A DNA stretch of 54,567 nucleotides, taken from a virus (taxonomy: Duplodnaviria; Caudoviricetes). The notes under the pieces were generated by a model. It ran no database searches, had not been told where the DNA came from, and saw nothing but the letters and a program-made list of their open reading frames with translations. The stretch lies in the IMG/VR virus record IMGVR_UViG_3300025326_000042, positions 1 through 54,567 of that record, one strand, 5' to 3'. The translations under genes and the position numbers were made by a program. Below are positions 47,053 through 54,567 of the stretch, one piece after another (within the stretch, counting starts at the first letter, position 1; every line of letters starts with the position of its first letter).

Positions 47053-49017
47053 CTATGAGCCCGTGCCAACGTACCCGCCGCGACGGCCCGAGATCTCCTT
47101 GTCGTAGCGGTCGTACAGGCTCTTGTCCTCAGTGGCGATCTTTGCGATAGCCTCATCTTCCTTCATGCCGGTAGCAAGGAGCGCTTCGATGCGCGACTTC
47201 ATCTCCTTGACTACGCTGCCACCAGCAGGTTCTCCCGTTGAATCGACGCCCCGTTCGCCAAAGAGCCCCGACTGGTGAATCTGGCTGGCATGCTCTCGCT
47301 CGCTTGCGATGTACGCCTTGAACTCAGCCGAGTCCTCGCCCTTCGTCTCGGCGAGCGCTCGCATGATTTGGAGCTTCGCCGCATGATCGCCGACCATCGG
47401 ATGCAGCGCCACGCTGGACTCCTGCGCTTGCCTTACCGAGTCTTCGTCGCGCCCAAGAATGACATCGCGGAATCGCTGCGTCTGGCGCTCTTGCTCAAGG
47501 CCGGTCAGGCGCTTCTCGGCAGCCTCCCGCGCCTTCTTCTCGCTGGCAAGCGCAGTCCTCAACGCCACTCCCTCCGCTGCGGTCATCGCAGCGCCCTCGG
47601 CTGGCTTAGGCTCTTCGCCTTCCGGCTTCGGCTCCGGCTTTGGCTCCTCCGTGTCGTCCTCGTCACCGTCTCCGTTTTTGCCCGGCTCTGGATCATGGCC
47701 GAACTTCACGGTCGCCTTAAGCGACGATGCGAGGCGCTGGAAGAGCGTTGTCTGATCCTTCTTTGGGAGCTTGTCGATCTCAAGCTCATCGACGTTTACC
47801 GTCATTTGATCCTCCTTCGCTGCTTTGTCCTTCGTGCTGCCCTTCCAATCTTCCGGCAGCAAGTCTGTTCTGCCCAGTGCTCGCGCTCTCTTCGTGATAT
47901 GTCTCTTTACAACCTCCTTGGCCTTGGATCGTCCAACCGCCTTGATGGCGTTCTTCAGATCGCCGACAGTCACGATGGGGTACGAGCCATCTGGCATGGC
48001 ATACCCCTTTGACGCAAGCTCCTCCCGCTTCTCCGGCGAGAAGTCACGCCCCTGATGCGGCGAGTCTTCCCAAACTGTCCGGCGTTGCACCTCCCTCGGC
48101 TGACCGGAAAATGTGACCTCTTCGCCCTCAAACGAAAAGTCCACGCGGTAGTAGCAGTCGCCACTGCTGATGACTGCGTAATCGTCCCACAGATCGACAA
48201 GCCAGCCGCCACCAGCTTGAGAACCGAAGATGCCAGGGAACTTGTGCCTAGCCGCGCTCATCACCATCGACTGCACATCGTTGTATGAGATACCTTCGAC
48301 GGTGCTCTTGATGAGGGGCGTCCGCTCGTCCGAGTCAACGTCGTACCAGCGCCCCTCGCTTGCCACGAGCGAGCGCAGTCCTTTAAAGAATGGCCTGGTC
48401 GTCAGCGCTGCTCCAATCAAGACGTTCTCGTATTCGTCTCCGGTCGCGGGGTCTTTCCAGGTCTCGTACCATTCGGGGCTGACGTACTTGAACGAGTCGT
48501 CCTCGATGAGCTTTCGCCCACGCTCCGTCCACTCAACCTCAGCCTCGATGCTGCCGTCAGCGTTCGTCGTGAGCTTCTTGATGTAGCCCACAGCGCCCGA
48601 CAGCTTCGTCTCATGCTCAGCGTCGATGGGGACGTGTTCTTGGTAAATCTGATCGTTGAAGTGCTCGACGAACTTCTCGTTGCCCTCCTCCGTGACCTCA
48701 ACGTCGCCCCACAGCGGGTGCTTATAGACGCCAGGTGCGGGGAAGACATTAATCGTCTCAGGAGGCTCAGCGCCCTCCAGCTCGATGAACGCTCGCCCGA
48801 GCGCGTCCTCACCCCCGAGCATCGCCGCATACGTGGAGCCCTTCATCATCACACCGTTAGCGTTCTTGAACGCGAACGCCTCACAGTTCTTGCCTCCCTT
48901 CGCCAGGCAACTCTTATGGGCCGAGTTGAAGACATGCACCCATTGCCGCCTCTGCTTTGAGCTTAGCTTCTTGACGTTGCTCGGGAGCGATTTGTCGTCG
49001 GGCCCTGAGTATGGCAC
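47053..49017 (-). CDS. ChaB + Mu-like prohead protease + scaffold fusion
   Basis: ChaB-like 'MPY...LPSNVKKL....RRQWVHVFNSA'; protease 'PID.EH...AVGYI...VEWT.RG...FKYVSPE...AALT.RPF'; 'AMPDGSYPI...HI.KRA..LG' module; coiled-coil C-terminus. Confidence 0.88.
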   Translation of the reverse strand: MPYSGPDDKSLPSNVKKLSSKQRRQWVHVFNSAHKSCLAKGGKNCEAFAFKNANGVMMKGSTYAAMLGGEDALGRAFIELEGAEPPETINVFPAPGVYKHPLWGDVEVTEEGNEKFVEHFNDQIYQEHVPIDAEHETKLSGAVGYIKKLTTNADGSIEAEVEWTERGRKLIEDDSFKYVSPEWYETWKDPATGDEYENVLIGAALTTRPFFKGLRSLVASEGRWYDVDSDERTPLIKSTVEGISYNDVQSMVMSAARHKFPGIFGSQAGGGWLVDLWDDYAVISSGDCYYRVDFSFEGEEVTFSGQPREVQRRTVWEDSPHQGRDFSPEKREELASKGYAMPDGSYPIVTVGDLKNAIKAVGRSKAKEVVKRHITKRARALGRTDLLPEDWKGSTKDKAAKEDQMTVNVDELEIDKLPKKDQTTLFQRLASSLKATVKFGHDPEPGKNGDGDEDDTEEPKPEPKPEGEEPKPAEGAAMTAAEGVALRTALASEKKAREAAEKRLTGLEQERQTQRFRDVILGRDEDSVRQAQESSVALHPMVGDHAAKLQIMRALAETKGEDSAEFKAYIASEREHASQIHQSGLFGERGVDSTGEPAGGSVVKEMKSRIEALLATGMKEDEAIAKIATEDKSLYDRYDKEISGRRGGYVGTGS

Positions 49018-49036
49018 CGCTGCCTCCTACATAAAG

Positions 49037-49079
49037 AAACGCCACAGACGGCAATCTGGATCATCCATCTATGGCGTTT
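49037..49079 (-). terminator. terminator-like hairpin in the capsid-operon leader
   Basis: AAACGCCAUAGAUGG pairs with CCGUCUGUGGCGUUU (two G-U pairs), followed by CUUUAU and then the SD. Confidence 0.6.
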
Positions 49080-49125
49080 GCTCGGAGTTTAGCCACGTCT
49101 TGCGCGACTGCTCCTCATCATGTAC

Positions 49126-49155
49126 GTACTAGCACATATACCCTCTCGCTGTCAA
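49126..49155 (-). promoter_or_regulatory. sigma70/sigmaA-type promoter for the capsid operon
   Basis: TTGACA, 18 nt, TAGTAC with TG extension, in the intergenic gap. Confidence 0.6.
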
Positions 49156-49192
49156 GAACCATGATCGGGCGCTGTGTAGCCCTGTGTCAGAC

Positions 49193-49504
49193 CTACCCCA
49201 TTGTCTCCGTCCGCTGGATCAGTATCGATCTAGGTGCATCGAAGCCGAACTCAGCTACGCGAGCAGGCGTCCCGCTGTTCGTCGCATACGCGAGCCGGAG
49301 CAACTGCATCTGGACATCGGGGTGCAACTCATGACGCTCGCCGGGGCCAAGCTCTAACAACTCAGGCTCGCCATCCAGCCCCCTGAACACCTGGAGCAGC
49401 GCACACGCGCCCAACCAGTCGATGCCAGCAAGCCTGACTCTAATCGGGGTATCAGACGCCAAGATCGTAACGGAGGTTCCTACGGTGCGCCGGAGGACAT
49501 ACAC
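49193..49504 (-). CDS. CsrA/RsmA-like RNA-binding protein (tandem form)
   Basis: N-terminus MYVLRRTVGTSVTI and C-terminus FGFDAPRSILIQRTE match the two ends of CsrA; roughly double the usual core length. Confidence 0.68.
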   Translation of the reverse strand: MYVLRRTVGTSVTILASDTPIRVRLAGIDWLGACALLQVFRGLDGEPELLELGPGERHELHPDVQMQLLRLAYATNSGTPARVAEFGFDAPRSILIQRTETMG

Positions 49505-50331
49505 TAGTCGGAGATCCTACAAGCATTCACCCGCACGTGGGCTCTAGGGATATAAGAATAGACAAGTTCGAGCAGCCTCTCGATACTGTAACCCTGCTCC
49601 TCAAGCGTCGTATTGATATGAAACTCGCCTGAGAGGAACCTGACTTTGGAGAGCACGGACGGATCGGTGTGCAAGATACTGTGCTCCGCACCCTCACAGT
49701 CCATCTTGAGTAAGGTACAACCGCTCCGAGCATATTCATCAAGCACGGAGCGAAGCGTCCGAGATGAGACTGGCGCACGCACGCCCTGTCCACGAGTGAA
49801 TGCCGAGAAGCCCCCACTATTCGTTGCATGAGAGCCTGACAGCAACAGGGTACCTCCAGCAGCGCTGATAGCATACGGCTTCGCCACTACCCTGCCGTCA
49901 CAGCCGTTTGCTTTAAGGTTCCTAACCAGCCTCTTGAAGTTCATCGGTTCGGGCTCAAACGCGATGATGCGAGACGCCGAGTACTTCTTCGCAAGAAAAA
50001 TACTGACGACGCCGACGTGCGCCCCTACGTCAATGATAGTGTCTTCCTCAGCGGAGAACTCGGGAAGCCAGCCATCATCAAAGCGCGAATAGGCTTCTCT
50101 GAGCACGATTTTAGCTACGCCACCCGATTCATCATCGTCGATATCGAGGAGCTTTCCATCCAGCCACAAGCCACGGCCCTCGACGATGCGGGTGTGCTGC
50201 ACAAGTTCAAGCTCGGCACAGCAAGCATTTCGTAGACAGGGAGCGTAAAGTCTGCCATCGTCCCAGACACCAGTGGGCGACCAGCGGTGCTCACCAGAGA
50301 CACAAGGGGCTGCATTGTCTTGCTCGCTCAT
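49504..50331 (-). CDS. FkbM-family methyltransferase
   Basis: IIDVGAHVG, AFEP.P.N, LLKMDCEGAE, GEFH. Confidence 0.92.
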   Translation of the reverse strand: MSEQDNAAPCVSGEHRWSPTGVWDDGRLYAPCLRNACCAELELVQHTRIVEGRGLWLDGKLLDIDDDESGGVAKIVLREAYSRFDDGWLPEFSAEEDTIIDVGAHVGVVSIFLAKKYSASRIIAFEPEPMNFKRLVRNLKANGCDGRVVAKPYAISAAGGTLLLSGSHATNSGGFSAFTRGQGVRAPVSSRTLRSVLDEYARSGCTLLKMDCEGAEHSILHTDPSVLSKVRFLSGEFHINTTLEEQGYSIERLLELVYSYIPRAHVRVNACRISD

Positions 50332-50489
50332 GATGTCTCCTCATTCTGTGCCTCTACGACGATCATCCTGCCAGCCGCTCCACATTCAGGGCAGATCGCC
50401 AACCGCTCATGGCAGACCAGCCTCAAAACATGCAACTCATTGCGGTCGCAGATAAAGAGGTGCATGTGTTGGTGCAGCACCTTAGGCAT
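50328..50489 (-). CDS. small zinc-ribbon-like protein (53 aa)
   Basis: Manual translation MPKVLHQHMHLFICDR...ICPECGAAG...; overlaps both neighbours. Confidence 0.5.
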   Translation of the reverse strand: MPKVLHQHMHLFICDRNELHVLRLVCHERLAICPECGAAGRMIVVEAQNEETS

Positions 50490-50718
50490 TTCTGATAGCC
50501 TTGCTTCCCGCGCACAGCATCTTATGAATGTTGCTGTTCAGAGCGCGCCCGCAGAGCGGACATCTCCTGTTGCTATGCAGATGCAAGACGCCCACGCCCG
50601 TCCTCATCAGCTTCGTGGAGTCGAACTCTCGCACCGCACCACATGAACAATCTCCGAGAGTAATCGTCGTCTCGGGAGCGGGCGTACCGAGCTTCCAATG
50701 ATGGACATGAGCCATCAT
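50482..50718 (-). CDS. small Cys/His-rich hypothetical protein
   Basis: HHW...CSCG...CPLC; ATGA overlap. Confidence 0.55.
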   Translation of the reverse strand: MMAHVHHWKLGTPAPETTITLGDCSCGAVREFDSTKLMRTGVGVLHLHSNRRCPLCGRALNSNIHKMLCAGSKAIRNA

Positions 50719-51098
50719 CTGAACTCCCGAAAGACGCGCTCTTCGATAATGGCCTTGATCGCAGAAGCCTGCTGGCGCTTGATCTTCCTCATGAACGCAT
50801 CGCCAGCGCCACGCCTTCTACCGCCTGGGAGCGTTGTGCTCATCGAGGCGCCCGTCACGTACTCGGCATACGGGGCATCGTTCGAGATACGCCTCTCATC
50901 GTAAGCGACTCTATCCTGCCACCAGCGGCCCTTGTAGTAGCCTGTATCGACGCGCGAGTCCGCCCGGATCACTTTGAGCATGTGCCGCGCCGCCAAGCCC
51001 AAAGCTCCGTCGAGCGTCCGGCGCATACGACCAGGGCTGAGCAGATCGAGCGCTCGCTGGTAGCCATGCTGCTTGAGTGTTAGGCTTACTTCAGTCAT
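50715..51098 (-). CDS. HK97 gp10-like virion morphogenesis protein
   Basis: 'VDTG', 'NDAPYAEYV..G', 'FM'. Confidence 0.72.
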   Translation of the reverse strand: MTEVSLTLKQHGYQRALDLLSPGRMRRTLDGALGLAARHMLKVIRADSRVDTGYYKGRWWQDRVAYDERRISNDAPYAEYVTGASMSTTLPGGRRRGAGDAFMRKIKRQQASAIKAIIEERVFREFR

Positions 51099-51154
51099 GG
51101 TCTGCTAGTAGCTCAATGCGAATGATTAGGAGCCCTCGTGAGCGGCGTAATATT

Positions 51155-51394
51155 TCATGTTCCGTCGTCCCCCAAAGACACAGATGCAGGCCATATCGGA
51201 GGGATCTCACCTAGCCGTTGTGGTATGCCAGTTGCCTGATAGCACCCGATCAACTCTAACACCTTCCAGTTTGGGAGTGAGCCGTGCAGAGCAATGTGCT
51301 CCTCCAACTTCGATAACTCGTACAAGTCCATATAGGGGTAGCCGGGATCTATCCGGTAGGCGTTAGCCCACACAGCGCCAGGATATCTTCCCAT
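51155..51394 (-). CDS. hypothetical protein
   Basis: TAATG coupling to the portal gene. Confidence 0.5.
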   Translation of the reverse strand: MGRYPGAVWANAYRIDPGYPYMDLYELSKLEEHIALHGSLPNWKVLELIGCYQATGIPQRLGEIPPIWPASVSLGDDGT

Positions 51395-52830
51395 TACTTG
51401 TTCGGCCTCCCCAGCGTCGTTGGCGTCTGGTGCTGCCGGTCTGTGTTCTTCGGCAGATTCCGAGGCTCTCCAGGCTGCGCTTCGTCTTTAGGCTTATTCG
51501 TCGTCTCAGGCGGAGGCTCCTCTTCAAGCTGCTTCGCAGCATCCGGGTCGGGCGGTGGCAAGCCAGCGCGGTCGTGCAGGTGCTCGATGACTTCTTGCGT
51601 CGAGCTGATTAAGCCAAGCTCGCCCAAGACTCTCAGGAATGGCGTCAGCTTCTCCATGTCAATCTCACCGAGATCAGTATGGCTGATCTTGGGCAATCCA
51701 GAAATATCGGGAAACTCGTTCAGCGCAAAGAGTTTAGGAACAAGATGGAGATTAATCTCATCCTGGAGCGTATCGAGCCTCCCCTTAACAGCCAGATGCC
51801 ACAAATCTTTCTGCGATGTCGAGAGCGCCCACGAGCCTGTGCGTCCCTGGCCGAGCGTCAGGAATTGCGCCAGCACAGAGCGCGTGATAAGGGTGCTACA
51901 GCGCGTGATCGTCTTATCCGTATCGACGACTTTCTGGCCTGGCGTTTTGATCACATCGACATCCCAACCCTCGTGTGGTTGAGGCCCGAAGCGTTGGAGC
52001 AGGAAATAGGTCTGGTCGTCGGCTCGATATCGCTCGCCCATTTCGCGGGCTTTGTTGAAGTCCGGCTCCGAGGCGTTCGCTGGGAGCATGATCTTCAGCA
52101 CACCTGTCATGTCGCGCTCGGCGCCTATGACCTCGATCTCTTCGATGTTCGTCTTGATGTAGTAGGGACGGTAGGCGTTTCTGAGGAGTGAGATGCCCTC
52201 CGGGTTGTTCTTCTCCGACGATACGCGCACCAGGAGCGACTTCGCAATAGGAATCTCGACGAGCTTAAAGCCGGGTGGCGCTTGCTGGATCATGCCCTGC
52301 ACGCCGCCGTGGTCGTCGAACTCCCATCTAAGCAGCGTCTCCTGTCCACGGAAGCCCAGCTTTCTGATCCCTATGCGTCCATCGCTGTATCTCGAAGGCG
52401 GAGTCTCGGCCGCGCCGAGCCTTTGTTTGAAGACGATCTCGAAGAGAGCCCAGCCAAACGCATTCGAGGTCATTGCGTTGATCACGAAGTCACGCCATGA
52501 GTGCGACATGTCCTCAAACAAGGACTCGCGCAAGAAGTCAGCAGCGTCGATGTCGGGCTGCTGTGGGCTTGCCGCCTCAACCGCCCATGTGGAGCCCAGC
52601 GCGACATGCAAGATCGCGTAGAGTATCGCGCCGATGTCGGGGTCATTGCGGCGCATCTCGTCATAGACGCGGACGCCTCTGACGCCCCTAAGATTCGGGT
52701 CGAACTCTTCTTGGACCTCGCCGCCAAACCGCTTCAGCCCGGTCGTGCCAACCTCCGCGAAGGGCGAACCTGGTCTGTCGCCGTTCGCAGAGACGCCTAA
52801 CTGCTGTTGCGTCGGGATGTCTTCAGGCAT
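51394..52830 (-). CDS. portal protein (DUF935/Mu gp29-like)
   Basis: Y.EM...D, FGW..FEIV, NPEG.SLLR.AY.P, LAQFL.LG...GS.ALS; downstream of terminase. Confidence 0.9.
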   Translation of the reverse strand: MPEDIPTQQQLGVSANGDRPGSPFAEVGTTGLKRFGGEVQEEFDPNLRGVRGVRVYDEMRRNDPDIGAILYAILHVALGSTWAVEAASPQQPDIDAADFLRESLFEDMSHSWRDFVINAMTSNAFGWALFEIVFKQRLGAAETPPSRYSDGRIGIRKLGFRGQETLLRWEFDDHGGVQGMIQQAPPGFKLVEIPIAKSLLVRVSSEKNNPEGISLLRNAYRPYYIKTNIEEIEVIGAERDMTGVLKIMLPANASEPDFNKAREMGERYRADDQTYFLLQRFGPQPHEGWDVDVIKTPGQKVVDTDKTITRCSTLITRSVLAQFLTLGQGRTGSWALSTSQKDLWHLAVKGRLDTLQDEINLHLVPKLFALNEFPDISGLPKISHTDLGEIDMEKLTPFLRVLGELGLISSTQEVIEHLHDRAGLPPPDPDAAKQLEEEPPPETTNKPKDEAQPGEPRNLPKNTDRQHQTPTTLGRPNK

Positions 52831-53179
52831 CTATAGCCTCCTTAGATAGAAGCCGGTACACCGTGCGTCGAGAGACACCTAGGACGCCAGCGATGCTTTC
52901 TGCGGTCATGCCCGTATCTCGCAGGACGCGAGTCTCTTTCTCTCTGGATCGAGCGCGTATTGCCTTCGCCCCGCCATGCACATCATAGCGGCAAGCGGGG
53001 AGCGGACACGACAAGCATGTGGGGTGGAGACTACACCCCATATCGATGAATGTATGATGTTCCGGCAGCGTGTCTATGCGCGTGAGACGGCCACGCTCGT
53101 TCAGGCGGCGTTGCCGCATCCTCTGCCACCTGGAGGGAACAGCCGGGCGGGCTGTGGCGCGAGAGTACAGTCCCTTCAT
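52823..53179 (-). CDS. Cys-cluster + helix-turn-helix regulator
   Basis: D.GC...P.CL.CPL..CRYD followed by the HTH 'AESIAGVLGVSRRTVYRLL'. Confidence 0.8.
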   Translation of the reverse strand: MKGLYSRATARPAVPSRWQRMRQRRLNERGRLTRIDTLPEHHTFIDMGCSLHPTCLSCPLPACRYDVHGGAKAIRARSREKETRVLRDTGMTAESIAGVLGVSRRTVYRLLSKEAIDA

Positions 53180-53415
53180 CACCTTATGACCGCCTCGCCT
53201 TTGAAGACTTTGTTCATCAATCTGTACCAACGAGAGAGCTTGAGGACCGGCAGCGATGCGCTACATTGCGCGATCATACAACAGAACGCATCGAGTGTAC
53301 CCGAGACCCACTGGTGCAGGAGAGACTTTGAGCAGGTGACACAGAAGACGCTGAGGTGTGAAGCCCGGTACGAGCCGACATACCGCTGGCCGCAATGCTG
53401 GCAGTGGTAGCTCAT
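53179..53415 (-). CDS. small Cys-rich hypothetical protein
   Basis: SD GAGGAG; CQHC...CVTC; TGATG coupling to the HTH gene. Confidence 0.55.
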   Translation of the reverse strand: MSYHCQHCGQRYVGSYRASHLSVFCVTCSKSLLHQWVSGTLDAFCCMIAQCSASLPVLKLSRWYRLMNKVFKGEAVIR

Positions 53416-53443
53416 GAGAAGCGGTGCTCCTCTCCCACATGAG

Positions 53444-53473
53444 AGTATAGCACGGCATGTCAAGGCGCGTCAA
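53444..53473 (-). promoter_or_regulatory. sigma70/sigmaA-type promoter with tandem TTGAC repeat
   Basis: TTGACG, 18 nt, TATACT with TG extension; direct repeat TTGACGCGCC/TTGACATGCC. Confidence 0.7.
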
Positions 53474-54567
53474 CTAGCGGCTGCCGGTGAACCGGCGGGG
53501 GAGCCCTGCCAACCGTGACCGAAGCCCCTGCCTCGTTCCGAGATACATGCGTGCGGTCGAGCCACCGGACACTGCGCTCTCCGGGATGCCGGGGTCCTCG
53601 AGCTTCCAGCCGCCCATGCGCCCGGGAGAGAACGCTTGATCGGGCAGCGAGCGTCCAGAGCTTTTCAGCCCCCAACAGAGATACTGCAAGGCGTCGGAGC
53701 CGTGGTCGTTCATCTTGATGACCTTATCGGGGTGCTCTGCGTCCCAGACGTAGGAGTCCTGTTCTTTAGAAAGCTCGGTTAGTCTGCCACGGACGAAGAA
53801 GAGGCGCCCGGTCGCCAGCCGCTCGAAGACTTCCTTGAGTCCCTCTACCACCTCATGGCGCGGGCACGCCGTCATGCGCCATCGCTGATGCACGAACTCG
53901 GCGATGGCTTCGGGCGCAGCCGGGTCGCCCCACGCCATCGTGACCTGCTCTCGATGAGGCGCCTCTCTCGCATTCTGCGCGTTTGTTCGTTCTGTCGCAT
54001 AATACTCGTCGAAGATGTAGAGGATGTCACTGACCGCATCGTGCGCTCCGTAAACCTGGGCGTGTGGGGCATTATAACCAAAGTCGGCGCCCGCGTAGCC
54101 GGGCCACGCTTGCCAACCCTTCGGCATCTGGCTTGTGTTGATCCAGTGATCATCCGTGATCATGGAATACACGAGGCCGGCAGGTCTGTCCCACTCGCCG
54201 AGATAGAACATCCTGAACATCCAAGGTGGCAGCGTTGCACGAGCACGCTCAAACTCTTCTTTCGGGAACTTCGGGTTCTCAATACTGGGGAATGTAATGA
54301 TATCCACGTCGGCGCGACGTGCGGGATTCACGCGCTCGCGCCCATGCGAGTCTTTACTCGTCGGAGGCAAGCGCGTGGCGTCCGAGAGCGCCTTAAGCCA
54401 GCCCAAGACGTAGGGCGTTGTCGTAATCAGGATTCTGCCCGAGTAAAACCGCACGCGGCGCTCGGCGGCTCTGAAGCTCTCTTGCGGGAACTGGCGCTGG
54501 CCCGCCTCGTCCAAGACGGCCCAATGCACGTGGGCGCCCTCGATGGACTCGGGCGTGTCGGCGCTGC
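53474..54567 (-). CDS. terL: terminase large subunit (5' end beyond window)
   Basis: Walker B VLDEA, ITTTP, S.ENP, G.DFG, DP, DH..DALQY; frame open to the window edge. Confidence 0.93.
   Translation of the reverse strand, partial: SADTPESIEGAHVHWAVLDEAGQRQFPQESFRAAERRVRFYSGRILITTTPYVLGWLKALSDATRLPPTSKDSHGRERVNPARRADVDIITFPSIENPKFPKEEFERARATLPPWMFRMFYLGEWDRPAGLVYSMITDDHWINTSQMPKGWQAWPGYAGADFGYNAPHAQVYGAHDAVSDILYIFDEYYATERTNAQNAREAPHREQVTMAWGDPAAPEAIAEFVHQRWRMTACPRHEVVEGLKEVFERLATGRLFFVRGRLTELSKEQDSYVWDAEHPDKVIKMNDHGSDALQYLCWGLKSSGRSLPDQAFSPGRMGGWKLEDPGIPESAVSGGSTARMYLGTRQGLRSRLAGLPRRFTGSR

Noticed and set aside
47053-52830. Mu-like portal and protease as evidence of a transposable phage
   Set aside because: No transposase is present; the phage has its own polymerase and primase, and these head families occur widely outside Mu-like phages.
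53444-53463. TTGACA and TATACT only 8 nt apart, suggesting an odd promoter geometry
   Set aside because: An upstream TTGACG gives a normal 18-nt spacer; the inner TTGACA is better read as a repeat.

Overview
The window is 54.5 kb of a GC-rich tailed dsDNA phage (siphovirus-type), with essentially every gene on the minus strand. Read from the right end: terminase large subunit (cut by the window edge), a Cys-cluster/HTH regulator, DUF935-type portal, FkbM methyltransferase, a tandem CsrA-like protein, a ChaB/Mu-like protease/scaffold fusion, cement protein and major capsid protein. A glycan-modification cluster follows (GT-B, GNAT, DegT aminotransferase, GT2, GT4, SAM methyltransferase, CgeB-like GT), interleaved with neck genes. 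Next come tail tube, tail chaperone with a CCCTTTA -1 frameshift, tape measure, tail-tip and beta-propeller proteins, then lysis genes (holin, amidase, transglycosylase). The left half holds queC, a DpdA/TGT-like gene, beta clamp, SNF2 helicase, MT-A70 methylase, a UDG-PolA fusion with an HNH intein, an exonuclease/ATPase/DUF669 module, VRR-NUC, primase-helicase, a probable origin, an HNH-QueD fusion, a deoxyribosyltransferase-like gene and queE (cut by the edge and missed by the ORF track). The most notable biology is a candidate virion-glycosylation pathway together with 7-deazaguanine DNA modification. No integrase, tRNA, CRISPR array or reverse transcriptase was recognised. All family calls come from motif recognition by eye, not database searches.
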